From a virus (Duplodnaviria; Caudoviricetes): a stretch of 53,072 nucleotides of DNA. A model generated the notes under the pieces. That model made no database searches. It had not been told where the DNA came from and worked only from the letters and a program-made list of their open reading frames with translations. Position numbers and translations under genes: made by a program. Every line of letters starts with the position of its first letter. The first letter of the stretch is position 1. The stretch spans positions 1-53,072 of IMG/VR virus record IMGVR_UViG_3300007535_000007; one strand, given 5' to 3'. Shown here one piece after another: positions 19,050 through 27,189 of the stretch.

Positions 19050-19845
19050 GCTCTAATTCTACACTCTTATTGCTGCTGTTGTCAACAGAAGAAGTTCTGA
19101 GTCCAATCTCAAAATCCTTAAACGCCTTCATGTTACGACCCTTTTTCAATTTAGTCTTAAAGATGCCTTTCCACAGCCAAGGGCCAGTATCAACCGGAAA
19201 ATAGATTCGTTCGGGAGGGCGTATGCTAGTAATAATTCGTGCCCATGTTGGCGGATCTATTGGCGATTCATCCATCATGCTGAGAGTTTGTTTCTGCATT
19301 ATCCATGGAAAACGAACTATTAGAGCTCGAAGATGCGACTGATTTCTGACTTTTGAGCAATCGAGAAGACGTATGAATCGGCGAGCAACGAGAGAACTGC
19401 GCTTAACTCTAAACGAAGCAAGTTTATTACTTATCACAAGCGGATATCTATGAAGCAAAATAGCAAGATTATTATCATCGATCATATCAAGAAATATGTC
19501 GAACATTTCTTTCTTGTGAATATCTTCAAGGACACCCTTGTTATCGATTGGTGTGGTCTTATTAGGTTCGTATGAGTTCTTGAAAAATTCTTTATTGTGA
19601 GTAATAAGATAGGCTCTAGCTCTAGACGATAGTTGATCGACATTAAGATATTTTCGAATGCCGGGAATGTTCTTCCAAAGGAAGACCGTATCGTTATCGT
19701 GAAGAACTTTCCCCGGGCTCGCTTTTATCGCCTCCATCACTAAGCGTTTGGTTTCTTTCGAACCAAGCAAAGCTGCGAGGACCTCGCCGCCACGCTCTGA
19801 ATCCCAGTCTTTCCAAGCTTTCGTAGCTATAAACCAACCTGGCAT
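19006..19845 (-). CDS. Hypothetical protein
   Basis: 279-aa ORF. Confidence 0.6.
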   Translation of the reverse strand: MPGWFIATKAWKDWDSERGGEVLAALLGSKETKRLVMEAIKASPGKVLHDNDTVFLWKNIPGIRKYLNVDQLSSRARAYLITHNKEFFKNSYEPNKTTPIDNKGVLEDIHKKEMFDIFLDMIDDNNLAILLHRYPLVISNKLASFRVKRSSLVARRFIRLLDCSKVRNQSHLRALIVRFPWIMQKQTLSMMDESPIDPPTWARIITSIRPPERIYFPVDTGPWLWKGIFKTKLKKGRNMKAFKDFEIGLRTSSVDNSSNKSVELEHDNDISKFDAVDST

Positions 19846-19849
19846 CAGA

Positions 19850-20365
19850 TCACCTCGCCAATGCCGATGCGTTCATGCGCCGCATGAGCTCAAATTCCCA
19901 TTCGCTGAAGGTTTCAATCTCAGGAGGAACGATTCCGGGCGGTGTCATCTGAACTCGGTGGACGCCCATCATCGGGTCGTGCCTGACAACGGAGTCACGA
20001 ACCGAAGAGGACGAACGAATAACCCCAGCCGCCTCGTAGATACGAGCAGGAAGAACAATCGCTACGCTCGTCGTGATGCTCGCCAGGAAGTCCTCGTCCT
20101 CAACGAACGGTGCCCAAGGATACGGATTCTCATCCGAGTCCAGGAATTGGACCAGGTCGAGAACATCCGCCACCTGACCACCATTGAGGCAGACCATCGT
20201 CTTGTGGTTTCTAGCCCAGTCGCGCACCATCTCGCCGGGCAAGGTGCCAAGGTTATGCTTCGTACAGAGCTCAATCGCTGCGTGGCCAGCCTGAATGCCC
20301 TGTTGAATGGGCGACAGCTGGAAGATTGTGAAGGTGTAGCACCTCAGTTCACTCTTCTTCATCAT
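19850..20365 (-). CDS. Phage peptidyl-tRNA hydrolase 2 (PTH2)-like protein
   Basis: QLSPIQQGIQAGHA, W...HKTMVCL, APFVEDE..TTSVAIV. Confidence 0.6.
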   Translation of the reverse strand: MMKKSELRCYTFTIFQLSPIQQGIQAGHAAIELCTKHNLGTLPGEMVRDWARNHKTMVCLNGGQVADVLDLVQFLDSDENPYPWAPFVEDEDFLASITTSVAIVLPARIYEAAGVIRSSSSVRDSVVRHDPMMGVHRVQMTPPGIVPPEIETFSEWEFELMRRMNASALAR

Positions 20366-20370
20366 CTCTC

Positions 20371-20553
20371 CTAAAATTCCATTGCGTAAGCGAATGCGTA
20401 GGCCTTCAATAGCTCTTCGTCACTCATGTTTTTCAGATTTTCGTAATCGCCCAACTCTGCGACGAACTCTCGAAACTCTGGGTAGGATCGCAGTTTCGAT
20501 TCGCTCGCAGTTTCGATGACCTTCTTCAGTTCATCTATGACCAATTCGCGCAT
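20371..20553 (-). CDS. Small hypothetical protein
   Basis: GGAG SD; coupled ORF. Confidence 0.55.
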   Translation of the reverse strand: MRELVIDELKKVIETASESKLRSYPEFREFVAELGDYENLKNMSDEELLKAYAFAYAMEF

Positions 20554-20725
20554 CATCGCTCTCCAAAATCTCCACATCGTCTAGGCAAACCCAGACCTTC
20601 GTAATACCTTCTTCGTATGCGACGCCTAGCTGGTCAAAATCACCACCCAAGCGCCGTACCGTGCCACGGCGAACCTTCCCATCATCGAGACGGAACTCCA
20701 CCTCGTCGCCGTGTCGGTAGTCCAC
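20531..20725 (-). CDS. Small SH3-like protein, paralog of 21819..22055
   Basis: Shared YEEG(I/P)TKVW(V/I)C(L/I)(D/E)D(V/I)EIL. Confidence 0.6.
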   Translation of the reverse strand: MDYRHGDEVEFRLDDGKVRRGTVRRLGGDFDQLGVAYEEGITKVWVCLDDVEILESDDARIGHR

Positions 20726-20728
20726 CGT

Positions 20729-20932
20729 TTAGCTCTTGCTAACGCTCGTGTTATTGAACAGCAGAGCACAGAGCATGTAGAGTCCCCAGGACTGCCAAAA
20801 AGTCAGCGCCGAGAGCGCGAACACATCTACCATCACCCAGTTCCACAGTAGCATCACCAGGAATGCGAATGGGACCGAAAGTAATAGAATAACACCAAAA
20901 ATCAAAACAATCGCAGCCAAAATCTGCATCAC
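20729..20932 (-). CDS. Small membrane protein
   Basis: LWNWVMVDVFAL..LTFWQSWGL hydrophobic pattern. Confidence 0.7.
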   Translation of the reverse strand: MMQILAAIVLIFGVILLLSVPFAFLVMLLWNWVMVDVFALSALTFWQSWGLYMLCALLFNNTSVSKS

Positions 20933-21312
20933 ACCGTCTCCTTTGCGGCAGCATGCCGCTTCTGAATCTCACGAATCTTGCTCCAAGACAAACCCTGCTT
21001 CCAGAGGAAGTGCTCCATATCGGGCTCATCCTCCGCATCCATCAACCACCGAAGGGCGGTCACCCAGCTCACGCGGTGCTCGACCATCAGGTTGCGAAGC
21101 GTGGCGCGGAACTTGTCCAGGCTGATCTGTTCGACCATCAACCGTTCGGTCTCGGCCTCTTCCATCTCGTTGATGAGACCTTGCCAAATGACCTGCTTCA
21201 TCTCAGGAGACGAGGCGCTCCATGATTGCCAAAAACCTTCCCGCGGACGGAACCCACGCGCATCCTTGTGAAGGTCGCTAATGAGTTCGTCGGAGTATGT
21301 GTATTTGCTCAT
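20929..21312 (-). CDS. Conserved early phage protein
   Basis: SDLHKDARGFRPR motif; AAGGA SD; consensus promoter upstream. Confidence 0.75.
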   Translation of the reverse strand: MSKYTYSDELISDLHKDARGFRPREGFWQSWSASSPEMKQVIWQGLINEMEEAETERLMVEQISLDKFRATLRNLMVEHRVSWVTALRWLMDAEDEPDMEHFLWKQGLSWSKIREIQKRHAAAKETV

Positions 21313-21340
21313 TGGGTTATCCTTTGCTCTCAGTATGTAT

Positions 21341-21400
21341 ATTATACGATAATGATGAAAAGAAGTCAAGATCTAAATTACCTTGAAAATCAAGAACTTA
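21341..21400 (-). promoter_or_regulatory. Early sigma70 promoter TTGACT-N17-TATAAT with upstream IHF-like box
   Basis: -10 at 21341-46, -35 at 21364-69, AATCAAGAACTTA at 21388-400. Confidence 0.8.
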
Positions 21401-21402
21401 TG

Positions 21403-21813
21403 TTACTTATACCAGATAGCGAGACTGTAGCGGTCATCATTTCCTTTGATTACGCCGTGCATAACATGGTGAGGAACGTGATTTGGCACACCTACCTTCT
21501 CATTCGTGTTTTCGTCGTTGATGATGAAGCGAGGGTCGCCTTCGTTGAGACGCACGATAATGGTCTCAACGCCTTCGTAGACCGTGTCGATGTGAGAGTC
21601 CATCTGGTCTTCCGCCTTCATGAAATGCACCCGAGCCTTTTCGATGAGACGATGCGGCGGCATGATTGATTGAACAAGCGCGTTGAACCTTAGGTCTTGA
21701 TCTATCTCATCGCAGATCCAGACTCGATTGTTGCTGTGATTGTGTGCCACTCGCCAATGTAGCGTCTCGGCGGTCTCTATGATATAGGCACACTCGTTGG
21801 GAGACAATCTCAT
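21403..21813 (-). CDS. 2OG-Fe(II) oxygenase-like protein
   Basis: HID...MHGV...RYS pattern (HxD..H..RxS). Confidence 0.6.
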   Translation of the reverse strand: MRLSPNECAYIIETAETLHWRVAHNHSNNRVWICDEIDQDLRFNALVQSIMPPHRLIEKARVHFMKAEDQMDSHIDTVYEGVETIIVRLNEGDPRFIINDENTNEKVGVPNHVPHHVMHGVIKGNDDRYSLAIWYK

Positions 21814-21818
21814 GATGT

Positions 21819-22055
21819 CTAAGGGAGAATCTCGATATCCTCGATGCATATCCAGACCTTAGTGGGTCCTTCTTCATACGAAATGCCCGTTTGCTCCGAA
21901 CCATGATACAAAGGCTCAGTGAGACCGGTTCTTATCTTGTCACTACCGCGCTCACGGAACCGCACCATCGTCCAACCGCTTGCGCCCGCCGCGACCTCGT
22001 CGAGATCCTCGGGGTCGAACTTGCGGATCCAGTCCTCGTCAATCAGCAGCTTCAT
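21819..22055 (-). CDS. Small protein, paralog of 20531..20725
   Basis: YEEGPTKVWICIEDIEIL. Confidence 0.6.
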   Translation of the reverse strand: MKLLIDEDWIRKFDPEDLDEVAAGASGWTMVRFRERGSDKIRTGLTEPLYHGSEQTGISYEEGPTKVWICIEDIEILP

Positions 22056-22204
22056 TCTTCGATGCCTTTGTTGCGGAACCGGTTGCGATCATACTTCTTA
22101 CGATCAGGCACGACACGCGGCTTGAGATCGCCATTTTGCCGCAGGGCCTTCGCGATTGGGTTGCGCTTCATCTTGCGCAGAAAACCAATATCTTCGTCTT
22201 TCAT
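22052..22204 (-). CDS. ArfA-like small basic protein
   Basis: RNPIAKALRQNGDLKPRVVPDRKKYDR resembles the ArfA N-terminal region. Confidence 0.5.
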   Translation of the reverse strand: MKDEDIGFLRKMKRNPIAKALRQNGDLKPRVVPDRKKYDRNRFRNKGIEE

Positions 22205-22353
22205 TACTCTGCCACCATTCCGGCACCCCAACCTCGACGGCAAGCACGACCAATCGTCTTGTCACGGGCAGGGGAAGTCTCCGCCTCTGCCGCCCGCTTC
22301 TCCATGCGGCGAATGCGACGACGGTCCATCTGAAAATTCTTACGCTTGCTCAC
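22204..22353 (-). CDS. 49-aa Arg-rich protein (absent from ORF track)
   Basis: GTG start after GGAG; MSKRKNFQMDRRRIRRMEKRAAEAETSPARDKTIGRACRRGWGAGMVAE; TAATG coupling to next gene. Confidence 0.6.
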   Translation of the reverse strand: MSKRKNFQMDRRRIRRMEKRAAEAETSPARDKTIGRACRRGWGAGMVAE

Positions 22354-22356
22354 TTC

Positions 22357-22626
22357 TTACTCCGTAGGATTCCAAATCCACAACATGCGCTTCTTGCTCG
22401 CTTTCAGTTCAGTCCATCCTGTAGGAATAGGACCTGTTCGACCAGCGCGCCGAGCTTCTGAGGTTGACGGGAACACGCCCATCTCCTTCATGAGATTCGG
22501 TATGTCCTGCATCTCAGTGAAATGCACCTCTTCGACCTCACCGTCGAGCCCACCGAAATGTAGCTCAATATCACGGTCAGTCCAGGAAGAGGACTTCACT
22601 ATCACATTATTTATCTGCTTCCCCAT
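22357..22626 (-). CDS. S4-like RNA-binding domain protein
   Basis: LMKEMGVFPSTSEARR resembles the S4 alpha-L motif. Confidence 0.55.
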   Translation of the reverse strand: MGKQINNVIVKSSSWTDRDIELHFGGLDGEVEEVHFTEMQDIPNLMKEMGVFPSTSEARRAGRTGPIPTGWTELKASKKRMLWIWNPTE

Positions 22627-22633
22627 TATGTAT

Positions 22634-22693
22634 ATGATACAATCAAGATGGAGAAAAGTCAAGATCTAAATATAACTGATAATCAACAACTTA
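22634..22693 (-). promoter_or_regulatory. Early sigma70 promoter TTGACT-N17-TATCAT with upstream IHF-like box
   Basis: Near copy of the 21341-21400 element; AATCAACAACTTA at 22681-93. Confidence 0.75.
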
Positions 22694-23020
22694 CATCACA
22701 TATGAAGGTTCGGCTATTTTTCCCGAGGCACTAAGCCAATATCTCTCTACCATCGAGACACCGTAGGTTTCACTTACATAATGGGTGAGACTTCGATTGA
22801 CGGCAAATGGTGTTAGTGACCGACCTTGTAACTTATATTTGAACACAGACTTATCCTCAATTGTGATAGAAATGAGTTCGGTATTTTTAACTTGTTGCTT
22901 GTCAATAATCTTTTCCGGTGTATATGTACCAAAGGTGATGCCGGGAAAGTTTGGCTCGACTTTCTCCTTCAAAAACTCGAGCCATTCGTCGGCCATATAA
23001 CCTGTTCTATATGTCGCCAT
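22691..23020 (-). CDS. Hypothetical protein, paralog 3 of tandem trio
   Basis: LEFLKEKVEPNFPGITF...DKSVFKYKLQG. Confidence 0.7.
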   Translation of the reverse strand: MATYRTGYMADEWLEFLKEKVEPNFPGITFGTYTPEKIIDKQQVKNTELISITIEDKSVFKYKLQGRSLTPFAVNRSLTHYVSETYGVSMVERYWLSASGKIAEPSYVM

Positions 23021-23089
23021 CTGCTCTATTCTCCGAACGGTTGATGCTGAACTTGCCGCATTTATCTGCTTTTTCTTGACTCTTAGTGA

Positions 23090-23362
23090 TTAATAATCAC
23101 TAAGAGTAATCTTATGTATATTATAAGCATACGTCTTAAGACTACTTATGACATGCCAATTGGTCGTTGAAATGCCCTTAAGCTTGTACTTAAACACAGT
23201 CTTATCATCGATAATAATAAGGACACGGGCGGCATATCTTTTCACCGGGGTGTCAGGTCCTGGTTTATAAGTTTCAAACCGAATGCCAGGAAACTTCGGC
23301 TCCACCTTCTCTTTCAAAAATTCTAGACACTCTTCTGCAAGAAAGTTGGTCATGATTTCCAT
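23090..23362 (-). CDS. Hypothetical protein, paralog 2 of tandem trio
   Basis: LEFLKEKVEPKFPGIRF...DKTVFKYKLKG. Confidence 0.7.
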   Translation of the reverse strand: MEIMTNFLAEECLEFLKEKVEPKFPGIRFETYKPGPDTPVKRYAARVLIIIDDKTVFKYKLKGISTTNWHVISSLKTYAYNIHKITLSDY

Positions 23363-23646
23363 TAGATTCTATGTCCTATTCTTCCTCGAACAAAATTCTT
23401 TAGCGATGTTTCGAGAACACCCCGTTTCAGAATATCTATACCCTGGAGGCGCGCCAGAAATTCTTTTTTAGGATCTAGGCATTCAAGGCAAATGAGAACA
23501 TACGGGACCATCTCATCAGAATTTGCGAATCGTTTTTCATAGTACGTGGAGAAGGTTATTCCTTCCAATAATGGCTCAACCTCTTCCGTTAAAGTATCTA
23601 GCCAAAAGCCAGGTATGCGTGATTGAATCTTATACGTCTCCGACAT
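23362..23646 (-). CDS. Hypothetical protein, paralog 1 of tandem trio
   Basis: WLDTLTEEVEPLLEGITF...PKKEFLARLQG. Confidence 0.65.
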   Translation of the reverse strand: MSETYKIQSRIPGFWLDTLTEEVEPLLEGITFSTYYEKRFANSDEMVPYVLICLECLDPKKEFLARLQGIDILKRGVLETSLKNFVRGRIGHRI

Positions 23647-24034
23647 CGCGAATCTCCGAGCGGTTGATGCTGAACTTGCCGCCAGGGTAACGACTCTCTA
23701 GCTTGCTGATGTTCTTCTCAATCACATCAATAGGATCGACACCGAGCGCGATACAGCCCTGCATCCAGTACCAGAGAACATCTCCTAGCTCACTCTTCAG
23801 ATGGTCTGTGTTTGCTTCGTCATATGGTTTGCCGTGAAACATGATCTTTTTCACTAGCCCGGCGAATTCTCCTGCCTCGTCGGCCATGCCAATCGCCGCG
23901 GTGAGCAACCTCGAAACATCGCAGTCATCGCCTTGTAGCTGTCGAATACGGCATAGCCATGTTTCGGTATATTTGCTGTCGTCGGAAGTAACCCCGTCTA
24001 CAAACTTGCGATATTGATCTAATTCATTCTTCAT
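23630..24034 (-). CDS. mazG: MazG-like nucleotide pyrophosphohydrolase
   Basis: GMADEAGEF..VKK..FHGK, ELGDVLWY, NISKLESRYPGG. Confidence 0.9.
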   Translation of the reverse strand: MKNELDQYRKFVDGVTSDDSKYTETWLCRIRQLQGDDCDVSRLLTAAIGMADEAGEFAGLVKKIMFHGKPYDEANTDHLKSELGDVLWYWMQGCIALGVDPIDVIEKNISKLESRYPGGKFSINRSEIRDVGDV

Positions 24035-24194
24035 CTGTGTCTCCTGTTTGTTCACTACCAAATTCTTTTTGTAGAAGTTCTTTGATTTCGTCGAGAGCAT
24101 CTACGCCGTGTATCTCTTTCAGATCACGAATATGCGCTTCGTCGATTGTAACATCAACCTTCTCTTGCCACTTCATGTGTCGTTTTTCAGTCAT
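24024..24194 (-). CDS. 56-aa protein resembling an internal segment of T4-like major capsid protein gp23 (absent from ORF track)
   Basis: MTEKRHMKWQEKVDVTIDEAHIRDLKEIHGVDALDEIKELLQKEFGSEQTGDTDEE; AGGAG SD, ATGA overlap with dCMP deaminase. Confidence 0.65.
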   Translation of the reverse strand: MTEKRHMKWQEKVDVTIDEAHIRDLKEIHGVDALDEIKELLQKEFGSEQTGDTDEE

Positions 24195-24802
24195 CCATTC
24201 TCTCCTATATCTACGGTTCTGACACGCACGCCAGCCTCTTTCAGCATCTCCCTGCTGATTTCGCTAACGTGGTAGTGTGTGCCTGCGCCGTGACCGCCGA
24301 ATGGGATATTGGGCCCGACAATCTCGACAATGCCAGCCTGTATAAGAGCACGAGTACAATCCGAGCAAGGAATAGGCTCCCAGTTCAAGTAGGCAATTCC
24401 GCCTTCCAAACGAATGCCTTTGCGGGCCGCATTAAAGACGGCGTTTCGTTCGGCATGTTCCACCCACTGATATTTTTCTGGTCGCTTGTGCCAGCGGTCG
24501 GGGTCAATGTCATCGGTTAATTTCTTTCCCGTGGCGTTGCATACTAGACAGTCACGATATTCTTCACGAGGCGTGGTTGGGACGATGTCACATCCAAGAG
24601 ACCGCTTTCGACCGACGCCGTGACACCAGTTACACGTTTCAAATGTTGTCTCTCGAACGCCGCGAGGGAAACCGTTGTAACCCATACTTAAAACGGTGTG
24701 GTCCGGGGATACGATCACACAACCTACCTTTGTGCTGTCATCTTTAGATTTTGAAGCCACGAGCGTGGACATCTGGATAAAATAATTATCCCAGTTTTGC
24801 AT
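24191..24802 (-). CDS. dCMP deaminase with Zn-finger insertion
   Basis: KVGCVI, GYNGFPRG, HAERNA, PCSDC. Confidence 0.9.
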   Translation of the reverse strand: MQNWDNYFIQMSTLVASKSKDDSTKVGCVIVSPDHTVLSMGYNGFPRGVRETTFETCNWCHGVGRKRSLGCDIVPTTPREEYRDCLVCNATGKKLTDDIDPDRWHKRPEKYQWVEHAERNAVFNAARKGIRLEGGIAYLNWEPIPCSDCTRALIQAGIVEIVGPNIPFGGHGAGTHYHVSEISREMLKEAGVRVRTVDIGENG

Positions 24803-24811
24803 ACCAATCTC

Positions 24812-25063
24812 CTATTCTGTGTCTGTTTTGTTTTCGTTCAGCTCTTCTTCGATCAAATAATCTTCCATTGCTCGACCACACTTTCTTGAAAAGAAGCATA
24901 GTGAAGCGTTGAATAAAAGTAACAACCCAGCCAATAGTATGTATGCACACTTCTCCATCTCGATTGCGATAATCGTTAGAACAGTTATATATTCTATAAT
25001 CGTCACAATCGAAAAGAAGCCAATGCCTAATATGTTGCACTGGTTTTCTCGACTTTTGAACAC
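24812..25063 (-). CDS. Small two-TM membrane protein
   Basis: GTG start with AAGGAG SD; two hydrophobic segments. Confidence 0.6.
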   Translation of the reverse strand: MFKSRENQCNILGIGFFSIVTIIEYITVLTIIAIEMEKCAYILLAGLLLLFNASLCFFSRKCGRAMEDYLIEEELNENKTDTE

Positions 25064-25205
25064 GGTGTCTCCTTGAGTCGGCTGAGGAAGAATTCCAACT
25101 CTTTTCTTCTGTGTCCTAGTATCCTTCCCACGGTATTTATTAAATAATCAATAAAAAAATACAAACTTTTAATATGGTCCGGTGTTAGACTATGCGTAGC
25201 CTTCA

Positions 25206-25847
25206 TTATTTCTGTTCCATTTCCTTGCGAGTGGTGATAATCTTGTCGGCGAGTCCAAGGTCAACTGCTTCTTTGGCAGAAAGGAAAGTATCGTGTCGCA
25301 TCAGATCTAGTAGTTCGTCGTAGGTCTTTCCCTTGCTGTTATGCTTCTCATACAATCTCGTCAATCTCTCATTTACTCTCTTTCCTTCTTCCATGTGCCG
25401 ACGATTATCTTCGAACTCTAACTCCGTGACATACATGCTGCCGCGAGTGGGAGGGATACCGTGACTGATACGATGAATCATTGTGCGAGATTCAGCGAGG
25501 ACATAACGATGTCCTGGCTCACCCGCTTGGGCGATAAAGGAGCCCATGCTTGCGGCTTGCCCCATCGCCATCGTATGGACTGGACAAGAGATGAACTGCA
25601 TCGTGTCGTATACTGCCAACCCTGCTTCTACATGACCGCCTGGGCTGTGAACATAGAGACTGATTGGCTTTTCTGGATTTTCAGATTCTAGATAAAGAAG
25701 CTGCCCGCACACAACATCAGCCATCTCGCTTGTCACTTCGCCCCGAAAGAACACTACTCTCTCTTTTAGCAATCTACTAAAGAGATCATAAGACCGCTCG
25801 CCATTTGAGGACTTTTCGACAACCATCGGGATTAGGTAGTTCTGCAT
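25206..25847 (-). CDS. clpP: ClpP protease
   Basis: [28 protein letters not shown] (Ser), MIH (His), DTFLSA (Asp). Confidence 0.95.
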   Translation of the reverse strand: MQNYLIPMVVEKSSNGERSYDLFSRLLKERVVFFRGEVTSEMADVVCGQLLYLESENPEKPISLYVHSPGGHVEAGLAVYDTMQFISCPVHTMAMGQAASMGSFIAQAGEPGHRYVLAESRTMIHRISHGIPPTRGSMYVTELEFEDNRRHMEEGKRVNERLTRLYEKHNSKGKTYDELLDLMRHDTFLSAKEAVDLGLADKIITTRKEMEQK

Positions 25848-25876
25848 TCTTATCTCCTTTATTGATAAATACTATT

Positions 25877-26215
25877 ATGAAAATGCGTGATATTATTACT
25901 GAATCTGTTGATATGAGCTTCTGGCGAGAACTGGACGCAAAGTTCAATCCAGATGCTTTGAAATATATCAACAAGGAAGAAGAGCGCCAAAAAAAGATGC
26001 AGGAAGTTCCTGGCACCCCTGTCTATACGGACGCTACCAAAGAAAAGCCTTCCTTTAACACCAAACCGAGCAAGGATGATATTAAAAGTTCTGGCTATAG
26101 GGGTCTTGTTGATACTCATGTTAAATCCGGTCATATAAGTAGAAAGAAAGGCCGAAAACTAGCTGGCGCCCGCTCTCCTATTGATCCTCAAAAATCTTTT
26201 CTACCGCATAGATAA
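25877..26215 (+). CDS. Late hypothetical protein, candidate internal head protein
   Basis: GATAAATA then ATG 5 nt later; N-terminus MKMRDIITES. Confidence 0.65.
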   Translation: MKMRDIITESVDMSFWRELDAKFNPDALKYINKEEERQKKMQEVPGTPVYTDATKEKPSFNTKPSKDDIKSSGYRGLVDTHVKSGHISRKKGRKLAGARSPIDPQKSFLPHR

Positions 26216-26951
26216 CCGAAGCTGAAAAGTCTCGGTCAAACTCGGGCAGATCTTCCTGTAAGCTATTCATATTCTCTAATGCCCATTGCCAATAGCTTAA
26301 AGGCACGTCTTGCATTTTCTGTCCCTTGTGCTTACCGAAAGGCATTGTATGAATGATAATTGGCTCTTCTAACCAACCAATAATCTGTTCACCAATATTC
26401 TCGTCGGCCTTGACATGCCATTGTTCGATTGCATATTTTACAAGGTGTTCGAACAGAATGCTTGTTACATAAGCATCTTGATCGGCGCGATGAGCAATAA
26501 CATCGTCATCAATCGGCAAATCTAGTGCATAACGCAGATAGCTGAGATTATATGCTTTGATGTTCGGATCGCTCTCGTAAAGCTTCTTCGCCATTCGCAT
26601 CGTGCAGATAATGGGTGAATGATTTACACGGTGCTCCTTCAAAACCCTTTCGTCATAGAAAGCGTTATGAGCAACCAGAAACGGTTTTTCATTCAATAGC
26701 CGCTCGATAGTTTCAAAATCATCTTCAAAGGATGGTTTATTCGACACCATACGATTAGAGATGTAGGTGACTGCAGAAACCTCCGGCGGAATAGGTTGCG
26801 GAGGTCGATAGAGTTGATTGTATGAGACTTCCCATTTATTGTCGTAATCGCAGGTAGCAAACTGAATCATTTGCGCGTCGCGAAAATCTAACGAAGTAGT
26901 TTCGGTATCGAATACTCGAAAGTCTTTTAAGGTCTGTGTAAGTTGTTCCAT
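26178..26951 (-). CDS. DnaQ/ExoX-like DEDDh 3'-5' exonuclease with C-terminal MPFGKHKG domain
   Basis: FDTETT, AHNAFYD, AHRADQDA, MPFGKHKG. Confidence 0.9.
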   Translation of the reverse strand: MEQLTQTLKDFRVFDTETTSLDFRDAQMIQFATCDYDNKWEVSYNQLYRPPQPIPPEVSAVTYISNRMVSNKPSFEDDFETIERLLNEKPFLVAHNAFYDERVLKEHRVNHSPIICTMRMAKKLYESDPNIKAYNLSYLRYALDLPIDDDVIAHRADQDAYVTSILFEHLVKYAIEQWHVKADENIGEQIIGWLEEPIIIHTMPFGKHKGQKMQDVPLSYWQWALENMNSLQEDLPEFDRDFSASVIYAVEKIFEDQ

Positions 26952-26997
26952 GTCATAAGTTTATGACATTCTACAAAAGAAAGCAAATCAAGATGAA

Positions 26998-27180
26998 CTA
27001 GTATTGTCCACTAGTTTTGAACCAGCCTTCTCCTTTTAGAACAAAGTTGCCCGATGTTATTAGTCTTACAAGGTCATCCTTGCTACACGCTGGGCATGTT
27101 ATAAGAGGTTGCTCGGAAATTTTCTGATATTGATCGAAGCGATGATTACAGTGATTACACTTATATGTATAGCTAATCAT
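26998..27180 (-). CDS. FmdB-family Zn-ribbon protein
   Basis: YTYKCNHC...CPAC...FVLKGEGW. Confidence 0.85.
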   Translation of the reverse strand: MISYTYKCNHCNHRFDQYQKISEQPLITCPACSKDDLVRLITSGNFVLKGEGWFKTSGQY

Positions 27181-27189
27181 TGTGTCTCC

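Larger units (their letters stand above)
23031..23682. repeat. 29-bp direct repeat (1 mismatch) at 23031-23059 and 23654-23682
   Basis: CTCCGA(A/G)CGGTTGATGCTGAACTTGCCGC; second copy lies in the mazG 3' end. Confidence 0.85.

Noticed and set aside
19748-20374. 208-aa plus-strand ORF and other plus-strand ORFs in 20900-22700
   Set aside because: Antisense to coupled minus-strand genes in a GC-richer region where stop codons are rare
23630-24100. Extended ORF-track starts for mazG, guaC, clpS, queD and others
   Set aside because: Extensions overlap upstream genes or promoters; downstream starts have an SD or fit family N-termini
25064-25205. Intergenic region after clpP as a riboswitch
   Set aside because: Only a short GAGUUGG/CCGACUC stem and a TAAATA motif; no recognisable aptamer
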